From: the human T2T-CHM13v2.0 reference genome, Homo sapiens
Assembly: GCF_009914755.1 (NCBI RefSeq)
Contig: NC_060936.1
Length of the DNA: 64,000 nt
Reading direction: 5' to 3' (one strand)
Position 1 is the stretch's first letter. Each line of letters begins with the position of its first letter. The notes under the pieces are model-generated. The model was not told the DNA's origin and did no database searches. It saw only the letters and a list, made by a program, of their open reading frames with translations. The translations under genes and the position numbers were made by a program. Below are positions 28,090 to 41,600 of this stretch, in pieces.

Positions 28090-29969
28090 ATTACTTTGGC
28101 TTTTGTTTGAATATGATGTGTCTTTATATGAATGTCTTTGAGTTTGTCCTACTTGAAGTTCATTGAGCTTCTTGAATGTGATTAATGTATTTTTCGTCAA
28201 ATTGGGAAAGTTTTTGGTCATTAGTTCTTTAAATATTCATTCTTTTTCTTGCATCCTTCTGAGATTCTCATTATGAGTATATGGCTATTTTTGGTGGTAT
28301 TCTATAGGTCTCTGAAAGTTTTTATATTTATATTATTTTTCATTTCTCTTCCTCAGACTAGAAAATTTCAACTGACCTGTCTTCGGGTTCACAGATTCTT
28401 TATTCTGCCGGCTCAAATTTACTATTAAGCCTCTTTAGTGAATTTTTCACTTTAGTTTTTGTACTTTTTTTTTTAAACTTTTCTTTTAGGTTCAGGGGTA
28501 CATGTGCAGGTTTGCTGTATAGATAAACTCATGTCATGAGTGTTTGTTTTACAGATTAGTTTATAACTCGGGTACTAAGACTGCCATCCAATAGTTGCTT
28601 TTTCGGATCCTCTCTCTCCTCCACCCTCAGCCCTCAAGTAGGCCCCAGTGTTCCCTTCTTTGGGCCCATAAATTCTTATCATTTAGCTCTCACTTATAAG
28701 TGAGAACATGCAGTATTTGGTTTTCTGCTCCTGTATTAGTTTGCTAAGGATAATAGCCTCCAGTTCCATCCATGTTCCTACAAAAGACACAATCTCTCTC
28801 TTTTTTATGGCTGCATAGTATTCCATGGTGTATATGTATCACATTTTCTTTATGCAGTCTGCTATCCCTCAGCATTTAGGTTGATTTCATGTCTTTGCTA
28901 TTGTAAATAGTGCTGCAGTGAACATTCACTGCATATGCCTTGAAGGTAGAATGATTATACTCCTTTGGGTATATACCCAGTAATGGGATTCCTGGGTCAA
29001 ATAGTAGATTTGTTTTTAGCTCTTTAAGGAATTTCTACTTTGCTTTCCACAATGGTCAAACTGATTTACACTCCCACCAACAGTGTATAAGTGTTCAATA
29101 TGGCCATTTTAATGATGTTGATTCTTCTGATCCATGAGCATGAAAAGTTTTTTCTGTTTGTTTGTGTCATCTCTGATTTCTTTGAGTAGTGTCTTGTAGT
29201 TCTCGTAGTAGAGCTCTTTCACCTCCCTAGTTATCTGCGTTCCTAGGTATTTTATTCTTTTTGTGGCAATTGTGAATGGGATTGCATTCCTGATTGGCTC
29301 TTTGCTTGCCCATTATTGGTGTATAGGAATGCTAGTGATTTTTGTACATTGATTTCGTATCCTGAAACTTTACTGAAGTTGTTTATCAGCTGAAGGAGCT
29401 TTTGAGCTGAGACTATGGGGTTTTTCTAGCTATAGAATCATGTCATCAGCAAACGGGTAGTTTGAGTTCCTCTCTTCCTATTTGGATGCTCTTTATTTCT
29501 TTCTCTTGCCTGATTGCTTTGGCCAGGACTTCCAATACTATGTTGAATATTTGTGGTGAGAGAGAGCATCCTTGTCTTGTGCCGGTTTTCAAGAGGAATG
29601 CTTGCAGCTTATGCCCATTCAGTATGATGTTGACTGTGGGTTTGTCTTACATGGCTGTTATTATTTTGAGGTATGTTCATTCAATATCTAGTTTATTGAG
29701 AGTTTTTAACATGAACGGGTGTTGAATTTTATTGAAAGCCTTTTCTGCATCTATTGAGATAATCATGTGGTTTTTGTCTTTAGTTCTATTTATGTGATGA
29801 ATCACATTTATTGATTTCTGTATATTGAAACAACCTTGCATCCTGGGGATGAAGTTTACTTGATCATGGTGGATTATCTTTTCGATGTGCTGCTAGATTC
29901 AGTTTGGGAGTATTTTGTTGAGGATTTTTGCATTGATGTTAATCAACGATATTGTCCTGAGTGTTTTTC

Positions 29970-30015
<46 letters not shown>

Positions 30016-31360
30016 TGCCAGGTTTTGTCATTTCTGATTGTTTATTTGGATCCTCTCTCTTTTCTTATTAGTCTAACTAGTGACCTATCTATTCCATTAT
30101 TTTTTGCAAAATACCAACTCCTGGATTTGTTGATCGTTTGAATGTTTTTTCATGTCTTGATCTTCTTCAGTTCAGCTCTGATTTTGGTTATTTCTTGTGT
30201 TCTGCTAGATTTGGGGTTGGTTTGCTCTTGCTTCTCTAGTTCTTTTAGTTGTGATGTTAGGTTGTTGTTAATTTGAGATCTTTCTAACTTTTTAATGTGG
30301 GCATTTAGTGCTATAAAGTTTCCTCTTAACACTGCCTCAGCTGTGTCCCAGAGATTCTGGTATGTTGTATCTTTGTTCTCATTAGTTTCAAAGAACTTCT
30401 TGATTTCTGCCTTAATTTCATAATTTACCCAAAAGTCATTCAGGAGCAGGTTGTTTAATGTCCATGTAATTACATGGTTTTGGTGATTTTTTAAGTCTTG
30501 ATTTCTATTTTCATTGCACTGTTGGTATGCAATGTGTTTGGTATGATTTCAGTTCTTTTGCATTGGCTTAGGATTATTTTATGTCTGATTGTGTGGTTGA
30601 TTTTAGAGTGTGTGCCATGTGGTGATGAGAAGAATGTATAGTCTGTTGTTTTTGGATGGAGAGTTCTGTAGAGGTATATCAGATCCATTTAGTCCAATGT
30701 TGAGTTCAGGTCCTAAATATCTTAGTTAATTTTCTGCCTCAATGATCTTTCTAATACTGCCACTGGGGCGTTGAAGTCTACCACTTTAAAGGGACATCGG
30801 ATTTCCTAGATTTTCCTTTTAAGTTTTTTTTCAGCCTTTTATTTGTCTTGTTATTGTCACCTATGGCAGCTATAATGCTAAACAATTGCCACTGATTATT
30901 TTTGATTGATGTTGCAAGGGGAAGGGCTATTTTCACTTAATGATCTCTGAGTCAGGTCAAATAAAGATAAGCCTTGGAAGTGGGGGTTTCCAGGGAACTT
31001 CTAGACAGGTCAAACAGTGGGATGTGACTTTTGGACAATCCTAAAATATTCTGTTCCTTCCAGTAGGTGCTAGGTGGCTGGTTTTCATCACTATTGTGAT
31101 TGTGAGGCTGCTGGTTTTCAAGGCTACTGAAGAGCAGGGGTTGGGGGGAATGAGACGTGGGTACATTAAAAAAATGACAAACCTCCTTGTTCTTAATAAG
31201 ATTCAACCACTTTTCTTGAATAAACACTTTTTGGATTGTTACAAGCCTTTGACTAATTTCTAGAGCTCTTAGAAAGTTGATTTTGATCATTTTTCTAGTA
31301 TTCTCATTACTTTTATGGGAAGAGCACGTTTTTGGAGGTCCTTATCTCATCATTCTAAAA
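28090..31360 (-). mobile_element. Old L1M ORF1/5' UTR region interrupted by an L1PA
   Basis: ORF 27979-28221 resembles L1 ORF1p (KNFPNL.K); 5' UTR-like sequence resumes after ~30790. Confidence 0.65.
28465..30786 (-). mobile_element. L1PA15/16-like element with two internal deletions and a (TG)n run at 29972-30013
   Basis: 3' UTR ttaggttcaggggtacatgtgcagg...ccctcaagtaggccccagtg; ORF2p EN-region peptides (ORFs 30150-30332, 30491-30688). Confidence 0.92.
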
Positions 31361-31519
31361 CATAGAATCACTGTATGGAATACTTTGACTTCCAATTTTT
31401 ACCTAACAAAATCTTATTTGTTAATACTGAATTTCTAAACACTTCTCTCACCGTAACAGCTTAATTCTATGGTACATTGCATATACCACTTACATCATTT
31501 TTCTTAGATGTAGGTGCTC

Positions 31520-31645
31520 ATACTAATAACCCCCAGAAATCTGTATTCTGGACATCTATGGGGGGGCCCAAGGATCTGCATTTTAAACAAGTTCTAGGGG
31601 ATTTGGGGTGTTACTGGCTCATGGACCAAATTTTAAGAAATGTCC
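31520..31645. mobile_element. MER5-like hAT-Charlie fragment
   Basis: ggggcccaaggatctgcattttaaacaag. Confidence 0.55.
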
Positions 31646-32739
31646 ATCTAAATGATATTCACAGTACTTACCATATACCAAATTTATATTACCTATGTAT
31701 CTATAGTTATTATTACTATAATTTTTGCATATCCCTATCTTCCCTACTGGAATAATAACTCTTCATGGACAGAAGCAATTCCTGTACCCTGTGAATCCCC
31801 AAGGGCTTCAGTTTTATATAAATATATAAAATATAAATAAATATAGTCATATTTGCTGAATGAGTCAATAAATGAGAGTATTGTTTTCTCTTGCTTCTCT
31901 AGCTCTAGAGCATTGGGCAAATACATTCCCAATTACAAACTGCTGATTGACCAAAAAACCTTTTGGAGTTTGAGAACTCATTGGTAAATTGAAAATTGCC
32001 AGCAAGAAACTAAGAAAGCACTTAATTTTGTAAATATTTAAACTTAAAAGCATCACCTCAATTGTTTTCACAAAAAGTGCTAAGTAGTCAAACTTCAGGA
32101 AAATGTGTAAATGAAAAAACTTTAATCTTGAATGCTTTGAAAGGATAGAAAACATTAAACTGCGTAAACATATATATGTACTGCAAGGTATTCATTTCTT
32201 ACTCACTGGAAATGATCATTTTAGGTGAGTGAAATGTCAGCAGTTTTGTCATCATTCATCTTTTTAGTCTCAAAGATGGTAATTTACAGACTCTCTCTGC
32301 CATATGGCCATCTGCCTCTTGTGTACAAAATAGGTATGGGTTGCCAGGACTGGTGAGTGTGACTCAGACACAGACAGTGATGTTATCTCTGGTCTCAGAT
32401 GGTCTCTGGTCCTGCTGGAGTGTGGAGTATTTCCTGGTTGGTGAATTAACATTCTCTTGCCTGAGAAGCTGTGAGATTTTAAATAAATCTTCTGGAAGAG
32501 AAAGGCATGGTAGGATATTAGGCCACATGGGCACCATTCCAGTTCTCTGCCAGAGAGAAATAGATTGTTAAGCTGTGAGCTCAGCAAGTCTTCAGTAGAA
32601 TTCAATTAATTGGCTTTCTCAAATGAAAGGAGCTCATTAGAAATTGGTTAGGTGGTCACAGGTTCTCTCTGGATGCATCGTATAAATAGATCTCAGTTTT
32701 GGTGTATTTAAGATGATAACAGTAAAAAAAACCACATAA

Positions 32740-33566
<827 letters not shown>

Positions 33567-33689
33567 AAAAAACCATAATATTTCTAAGTTGTGTTTATGT
33601 TAAACATGTTTATTAGAAATAGGGAGTCTCAATTGTATGATTCAGGAAGCAGAGGGTAACATCATGGGGAGTTTGTTTATTAATTAATT

Positions 33690-34109
33690 GATAAAAACTA
33701 TTTAGATATAATTGATATATAATAAACTGCATATAATAAATAAACTGCATATATATAATAAACTGCATTATTTTGAAGTATACGGTTTGGTAAGTCTTGA
33801 CATATGTATATACCAAGGAATCCATCACTAAAATTAAGATAGTGACCATATTCCTACCCCTAGAAGTGCCCATGCTCTTTGTAATTCTTCCAAACTGTTT
33901 CTTTCTTCCCTTCCAGGAAGCTACTGATCTGCATTCTGTCACTATAGATTAGTTTGCATTTTCTAGAATTTTACAGAAATGGAATCATAGAGTGTGTACT
34001 CTTTTTTGGGGGGGGGGTCTGGATTTTTTCACTCAGAATAATTATTTTGAGATTCCTTCATGTCATAGAGTTTATCAATAGTTCATTCCTTTTTTTTTCC
34101 TTGAGTAGT
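33690..34109 (-). mobile_element. L1M 3'-end fragment
   Basis: ctactgatctgcattctgtcactatagattagtttgcattttctagaattttacagaaatggaatcata; local triplication of aataaactgcat. Confidence 0.8.
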
Positions 34110-34571
34110 TGTATTAATCAGGGTTCCCCAGATAACTTGGAGATTTATTATAAGGAATTGGCTCACAAGACTATGGAGGCTGACAAGTTCCAAGATTTGC
34201 AATCAGTAAGCTGGAGACCTGGGAGAACTGATGGTATAGTTCCAGTCCAAATGCTGGCAAACTTGAGACCTAACAAGAGCTGATGTTTCTGTTTGTGTCT
34301 GAAGGCAGGAAAATACCAAAGTTCCAATTCAGGGCAGCCAGGCAGGAGGAGCTCCCCTTTACTTGAAGGAGGAGAGGATGGTCCCTTTTTTTTTAAGCCA
34401 GGCCTTCAACTGATTGAATGAGGCCCATCCAAATTAGGAAGGGAAATTTTCTTTACTTAGTTTACTAATTTGAATGTCAATCTCATCTAAAACACCCTAA
34501 AAGACACCCACAAAATTATGTTTAACCAAATATCTGGGCACCTCATGTGTAGTCAAGTTGACACATATAAG
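34110..34571 (-). mobile_element. 3' LTR (MLT2B3/MLT2C-like)
   Basis: tgtattaatcagggttc...aggaattggctcac...gtcaagttgacacat; adjacent degenerate PPT at ~34571-34582. Confidence 0.85.
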
Positions 34572-34820
34572 CCTGCCCATTGTTAACTTGGCACCCATAC
34601 ATACACATTTTTAAAATCATACTTAATCTCCAAATGCATGCAATAACAGACAAGGTCATAGTTACACCAAATATGATACAACTGCCCTGTGTACAACTGA
34701 AAATGCCCTAACTCTTTCCCAGAAGAGGAGGTAGTCTTTGAGTGACGGTTACTCTTTCCCTGGTATCTCATAACTTAAATACTGTGATATAAAATTAACT
34801 ATACTTAAATATTATTCCAT

Positions 34821-35009
34821 ATAGTCAATACATCTTATGTTGTTACATGGTAAGGGAATAATGGAATAAAACAAAGGTATTTTATAGTCAATACATCTTA
34901 TGTTGTTACATGGTAAGGGAATAATGGAATAAAACAAAGGTATTTTATAGTCAATACATCTTATGTTGTTACATGGTAAGGGAATAATGGAATAAAACAA
35001 AGGTATTTT
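34821..35009. repeat. Perfect tandem repeat, 63 bp x3
   Basis: atagtcaatacatcttatgttgttacatggtaagggaataatggaataaaacaaaggtatttt at 34821, 34884 and 34947. Confidence 0.97.
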
Positions 35010-35081
35010 ATGTACATATACGTATTCATAACAAAATAAGGAGAAAAGACTCATGGCAATTTTAGTCCTCATTTCTATTCT

Positions 35082-37400
35082 GAAGTCCATTTTGCTATCT
35101 CCACACATAACCTCCATCCCTGCCATCATGGCTACTTTGTTTATGAGCTCATTGGGTGAGGACAAGGGTGGATGGGAAAAGAAGCTGATTGCTATCCACA
35201 GAATGGGCCATTCTATCCACTTGATTATGAAAATTCTCCTCTGCTGAGGTCACACTTGGGTGAGCATTCACATGGGTCACAGATATCTTTATATTTTTTA
35301 TGCATTCAGAAAGGTGTATCCACGTACCTCTTCCCTCAAATCTTTGTGACCAGTTTTCCAATCACATTTTTTCTAAGTCTCTGACCATCCAGCCAAATCA
35401 CTGGCTACAGACCACTAATTGGTATACAATTGCATATTAGTCCATTTATTGTAAGTTCAAGCTTACAGCAATTCACTGTCATTTCAAGCAAAGTGCACAA
35501 CAAGGTGTACTGCCCAGATTTCTGCCCACTGGGAGGATTTCCCTTCACTACCATTCTTCAGGGGTATCCCAGAAAGTGGCTGTAGTGCTGTGGCTGTCCG
35601 CTTTTGAGCGGTGCCTGCATATCGTGCAGAACAATCTGTAAGATAGGACTGTCTTCTCTTTCTCTGTTAACTGATTGTGGGGAACCCCTTATGACGCCAT
35701 AAGTGCAGGTGGGAGAGAGAGAGACAGGAGTGGGGACCATAAGCATTTAGGCCACTTTTTCATGCAACATTTTTGTGCCATTAAGGCTTGCTTGAGGCTG
35801 ATCACTTATGTGCCATTTCCATTTGATGACTGAGTGTTCCTATGCATGCCTATTTTTATGGCTTGGTAGGTCAGATAATACTCAATTCATGATGGGCAGC
35901 TCAGGTCACATGGTAACTTGATGGCTCATGTCAAGTGTTCAGTCTCTACTCAGGCCCAGTAGCAGACCAAGGGCTGTTCCTTAGAAGGACAGTTGTTATC
36001 TATGGATGATGGTAGGGTCTTGCTCTAAAATTCTAAAAGCATGATCTGTGATTCACCTATAGGGCCCTTCCAAAGTCTCAAAATAACATCCCTATCTGCC
36101 ACTGATTCTGCAAGCACCACTGGATCTGTAGATCATATGGCCTAAGTAGCACAGCAGCCTGCATAGAAGCCTAGACCTATTACAGAGTCTTTTCTTGTTC
36201 TGGGCTCTGCTCAAAACTAGCAGTTCTTTGGGTAATTTGGTTAAATGGGCCAGAGTAACACACCCAAGTGAGGGATATGTTGCCTCCAAAATCCAAAGAT
36301 ACCTACTAGGTGTTTTTCCTCTTTCTTGGTTGTAGGAGGGACCACGTGCAACAATTTATCCTTTACCTTAGAAGGGATATCGTGACATGCCTGACACCTC
36401 TGGACTCCTATAGAAATGTGACTGAGAGAGAAGGCCCATAAATTTTAGTTGGATTTATTTCCCACCTTATGACACACAAATGTCTTACCAATAAGTCTGG
36501 AATATTTGCTACTTATTTCTCACTAGGTCCAATCAGCATCATGTGATCAATGTAATGAACCAGTGTGATATCTTGTGGAAGAGAAAGTGATCAATATCCC
36601 TGTGAAGTAAATTATGACATGGGGCTGAAGAACTATATGCCCTTGAGGCAGGACAGTGAAGGTGTATTGCTGGGCTTGTCAGCTGAAAGCAAACTGCTTC
36701 CGGTAGGCTTTATGGACAAGAATGGAGAAAGGGCGTTTGCAAGACCAGTAGCTACATATCAGGTACCGGGGGATATGTTAATTTGCTCAAGCAATTAAAC
36801 ATCTGGTACAGCAGCTACAATTAGTGTCACCACCTGGTTAAGCTTACAATAATCCACTGTCATTTTCAAGCACCTGTCTTCTCTACAAGTCAAATAGGAA
36901 AGTTGAATGGGGATGTGGTGGGAAACAACACCCCTGCAATTTTCAAGTCCTTGTAGTGGCATTAACCTCTGAAATCCCTCTAGGAATGTAGTATAGTATA
37001 ATTTACTTTCTAGGTAGATGCAGTTCTAATGGCTTCCACTTGGCTTTTCTCATCATAATAGCACTCACTCTACAGGTCAAGAAATCAACGTGGGGATTCT
37101 TCCAGTGGCTCTGCCTATTTCAATTATGCATTCTGGAACTGGGGAAATAACCACAGGATGGGTTCAAGGATCCACTGAACCCACTGTGAGATGGACCTGA
37201 GCTAGAACTCTATTGACCACCTGACCCTTCACAAGCCTCTACTCTGACTGGTGGGCTTTTGAGTAAAGTTTTGAGTTTCCTGGAATTAGTGTCAGTTCAG
37301 AGCCAGTGTCCAGTAGTCCCCAAAAGGTCTGATTATTTCTTTTCCCCAAATGCACAGTCACCCAGGTAAAGGGTCCTGTGTTCTTTTGGGAAAGGCTTGG
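35082..37400 (-). pseudogene. Decayed ERV-L pro-pol (protease, RT, RNase H)
   Basis: FTWVTVHLG...GLLDTGSELTLIPG (ORF 37239-37451); ITLVHYIDHMMLIG at ~36530-36570 (YIDD-type motif, D>H); KISVTHVNAH (ORF 35149-35361); many stops and frameshifts. Confidence 0.9.
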
Positions 37401-37449
37401 AGAAAGATTAACAGAATAAATTTTTTGTAGTATTCTAAGGTCTTTCTTC

Positions 37450-39750
37450 AAGGGGCCTGGTGTCCTCTACCTTCAAGAGGTTCTGGGTCTGTAAACTGGC
37501 TCAAGTCTGAGAATTGATTGAGGGGCCCTGACACTCAGTTTTTATTATTTGAATTAGACTTCTATTCACTTAGCCTAGAAATTTTCTGCTAATACAGATC
37601 AAACGAGAATTTAGTAGAGTTCCTATCTACTTCACTTCTGGGAACACGATGATCAACTAGACAATGTCACATTCTGTGTGAATCAGACTATTCTGATTGC
37701 TGCTTCAACTCTGCTGTCCATTATGGTAACAACACTCACCTTGACTTGGTGGTTAAGTCCTGCCACTTAGCTCCGGCCACCCCAGGATATAATTACTGTA
37801 TGCATTTAGTTTTCCAGATTTAGTGATTCCAGTTCCCACTGTAAGTTCTGTCCTACAGAGAAGAGTAATCACAGAGATCTTCGAAGATGTTGGGCTCCTC
37901 TCATAAATTTATTTCTCACAGTAGTGGTGAAAGTCATGTCTTCTGAATCCTCTGAGTATGGCTGAGTATATCTTAAATGATAGTTCTGCTATAACATTCC
38001 AGTCTGCCTAAGCTTTGAATCCCTTCCTCTATGTTAAACCAAGGCATGTCCAGCATTTCTAGTTTGCTCACTGTGGGCCATCTTCTGATCCATATTTCAG
38101 CCAACCAACCAAAATGTTAGCGCCATTTCTAGCCCTCAGAGGTCCAACATTAAATGTAGACTCTTTGCTTAGTGGGACCATATCAATAACTTTGGCCTGA
38201 TATAACTTATGAAAGTTGTCATATTCAGAATGGATTCACTTATGTTACAAGACAAAATAAAACAAAACAAAATGAAATAAAAACAACTCTGACAAATAGC
38301 ATGGAGAAGCCCATGAAGAGAAGGGTTCTCATGTACAAATGCCCAATAGCAAAAACTATCAAAAAGGCTCTGCGAAAAGTGCAACCTTGCACAAAGGCTA
38401 CCATGACATTACACAAAAAATACTTCTATAAGAACATCTGTCCAGCCACTGCCTGCCCAACCTTGGACTGATGTTACCCCTTGTTATTGATCCTGGTAAC
38501 CAAGTATAATCATATCAAAACACTTATGTAATCCTTTTCATTTTTCCTTTAAAAACCTTTGTCTTCCTTTACCTCCCTGAACACACACATAGTTTATTAT
38601 GGCTCATGTATTCACATTGCAATGTTCTATTCCTGAATAAATATCATTTTCTTTTAGAGAGCCTTTCTCTGTTTGTTATTTCAGGTTGACAGTCTATTAT
38701 GTTACTTTCACCATTATCCTACCCCCCTAATATCCATTCCCACACAAGTTCCCCAGATTTCTGCTCATATGAATTGGAAAACTCAAGTAGTTCTTTTGTA
38801 GTGTGGCAAACCTCCTCATGGGTCATACTGGTACCTCACCTTTAGGGACCTGCTTGAGTCTAGTTATAGGTCTAGAAGCAAAGGTGGGGTGGTGGGGGTG
38901 GGTCCTGAGGAGAATCAACATTGTCTTGCATTCTTCCATGGCAACTGCCCTGGGGGAAGCCATTACCATTTCCTCAGGCAATGAAGGGTTAATCCCCTCA
39001 CATTGAGGTGGAAAGACTGATACAGTGGGGGAAGAGAGGCCAATACCACTGGAGTGGAGAGACCCTGCCACTGGGTGGGGGTGTGTGCTGCCACTGAGTT
39101 TGAGAAGGCCACTTCTGCTGGGAGTGGTGAGGCCAATTTCACTGGTAAAGACTCATCAGCATTTAGGAGCTCAATGTCTTCAGCTTCATCAGGTTCTTCC
39201 CACACATCCCCATCACAACTATAGATCCAGTTCCTTCCAAACCAATGCCCCCACTTTAACAGTAGTCACCCTGCAAGGATAGGAGTTTAACTGGCATTGC
39301 AATTCAGCCTATCACAGGATCAGGTTCTGCATTTGATTTTCAGCAATTTCAATCCTGTGTCTATAGGAGATAAGGGACTCCCTCACGGCACATATAGAAG
39401 GTCTTAGGTCATTTATACAGAGATCGACCTAGGAATTCAAATCCCTGAGCTCATCCTTTTCACTCACCATTTTGTCCAGCAACATTAGGAGCAATCAACC
39501 AACATCACTGTATTCATTAATTTTAAAAAAATGTTTAAAAATATATACAGGGTCACCTAGTTACTTGCTTCTTAAAAGTGGTTGATTAGAGTTTCCAATT
39601 GCAGATACTTTGCATGTTTTTATAAGCAGTTCACACTATGGACTATCAGTGCTCTCTTTACTACTGGAAATAGCATCATTAGCATCTTTAAATCTAAGCA
39701 GATTAGACAGCCAATTACAGAAATCCTAGAACTAACTTAGAAAACTCATC
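37450..39750 (-). pseudogene. Decayed ERV-L gag
   Basis: N-terminus resembles HERV-L gag (NWLSNLLRFKDAND...STDSP); WEEPDEAEDIELLN (ORF 38963-39205); FASRPITRLK (ORF 38823-39071). Confidence 0.8.
38208..38691 (+). mobile_element. ERV1-class solo LTR (MER65-like) nested in ERV-L gag
   Basis: tatgaaagttgtc...aatggattcact start, caaccttgcacaaagg, aataaa signal and aggttgaca end; gag sequence rejoins across it. Confidence 0.75.
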
Positions 39751-39793
39751 CTTAAAATTCTGTTTTTCTTGAACTATTCTCAGTACCACACTC

Positions 39794-40354
39794 TATATTA
39801 ATCAGGGTTCTCCAGAGAAAAAGAACCAAAGGTTCTATATAGATTTATCGAAAGAGAAGTATTATGAGAGACTGACTCAAGTGATTATCGGGGCTGAGAA
39901 GTTCTGCAATTTACCACCTGCAAGCTGGAGGCCTAGGAAAGCCCGTGGTATACTTCCAATTCAAATCCCAAAGCCTGAGAACCCAAGGAGCCAGTGGTGT
40001 AAGTCCCAGTCCAAGTCCAAAGGCTCAAGAACTGGGGGAGACAATGGTGTAAGTCCCAGTCTGGGTCTGAAGGCCTGAGAAACAAGAGCACTGCTCTCTG
40101 AGGGCAGGAGAAGATGGATGTCCCAGTGAAGGAGATAGCAAATTCATCTTTCCTTGCTTTTTGTTCTATTCAGGTCCTTAACAGATAGGATGATGCCCAG
40201 CCTCATTGGTGAGGGTGATCTTTACTTACTCTACTGATTCAAATGTTAACCTCTTTTGGAAACACCCTCACAGATACACCAAGAAATAGTGTTCTACCAG
40301 CTGTCTGGACAATCCTTATCCCACTCAATTTGACACCTAAAATTAATCACCGCA
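39794..40354 (-). mobile_element. 5' LTR (MLT2B4-like)
   Basis: tatattaatcagggttctccagagaa...ttgacacctaaaattaatcaccgca; leader/PBS-like gtgtggtactgag adjacent on the minus strand (~39779-39791). Confidence 0.85.
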
Positions 40355-41600
40355 GTGGTCTGTAGTTTTTATCAGGTTTGAAAAAATTTTGTCTACTATT
40401 TCTTCAAATTTTTTTTCCTCTAGCTTCTCCACTGAGGGATTCCACTTGAAACTTTCCCACAGCTCACTGATGCTGTGTTCATATTTTAAAATTCACTTTT
40501 CTCTCTGTGTTTGATTCTGGATAGTTTCTATTTAGTTGTTTTCAAGCTCACTAAACCTTTTCTTCTGTGATGTCTAATTTGCCATTAATTTCATCCAGTG
40601 CATTTTTCATCTCAGACATTGCAATACGCATCTATAGACATTCAGTTTGAATCTTTTCAGATCTTCACTTCTCTACTTAACGTTTTGAACATATGGAATA
40701 CAGTTATAATAACTTTTAAATGCCTTGTCAGCTAATTCTAACATATATGTCAATTTTGGCTTGGTTTTGATGGATTGTTCTTTTTCTTAATTTTTGGTTG
40801 TATTTTCCTAGTTCTTTTCCTGTCTGGTAATTTTTTTGCACGGGAAAGAAAATATTGTGACTTTTTCCTTGTTGGGTGCTGGATATCTTTTTATTCTTAT
40901 TAATATTCTTGAGTTTTGTTTATTGGCAAAGTTAAGTTACTTGAAAACATTTGGTATTTTTTGGTCTTGCTTTTAAGGCTTGTTTTCAGGTATGGAGAAG
41001 TATTTAGTCTAGGGCTAACTATTCCACACTGTTGATGAAAGTCCCTTCTGTGTTACCCAGTGCCCTGAGAATCATAAGGTTTTTCTGTCTGGCTGGTAAA
41101 AATAGGCACCAATCCCACCATGTGTAAGTTCCAGACACAGTTACCTTTAATCCTTTCAGGTGATCTTTCCCTGGCAACCCAGGCAGTTTCTTCACACACA
41201 TACAATGATCAGTACTCAGCTGAGTACTAGGGGGGGACCAATTGCAGATATCTGGAATTATGTCTCTCTGCATCACTCTCCCTTCCAATGCTCTGTCCCT
41301 CAAACTCCAGCTGCCTCAGTCTTCCCACATGTCTAGCTCTGTCTCCTTATTTAAGGGAGTCTGCTAGGCTCTGTTCAGATTCCCCATCCCAGTGCTGGGG
41401 CCTGGAAACTCTTTCAGGCAGTGAGTTGGAGCAATCATATGTTTCATCTCAATGTCTTCTTTCAGTGACCAGTGTCCTTTGTTGCCTTATGTCCCATGTC
41501 TTAAAAAATTTAATTCCACATTCTTGTCAATTTTTGGAGTTATTTTAAGTGGGAAGGTAAATCTGGTCTCTGCTATCTAATCTTGGCCAGCAGTTGGAGT
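40355..41600 (-). mobile_element. Old L1M ORF1/5' UTR region
   Basis: ctattt cttcaaat..., tcccacagctcactgatgctgtgttcat, tttcatccagtgcatttttcatctcagacattg. Confidence 0.7.

Larger units (their letters stand above)
34110..40354 (-). mobile_element. ERV-L (HERV-L/ERVL-B4-type) provirus: LTR-gag-pro-pol(delta IN/dUTPase)-LTR
   Basis: MLT2 LTRs at both ends; leader/gag start next to the right LTR; protease LLDTGSELT; RT LVHYIDH; RNase H HVNAH...HNQVDR. Confidence 0.93.

Noticed and set aside
34821-35009. CRISPR-like array
   Set aside because: Head-to-tail repeat with no spacers, in primate DNA.
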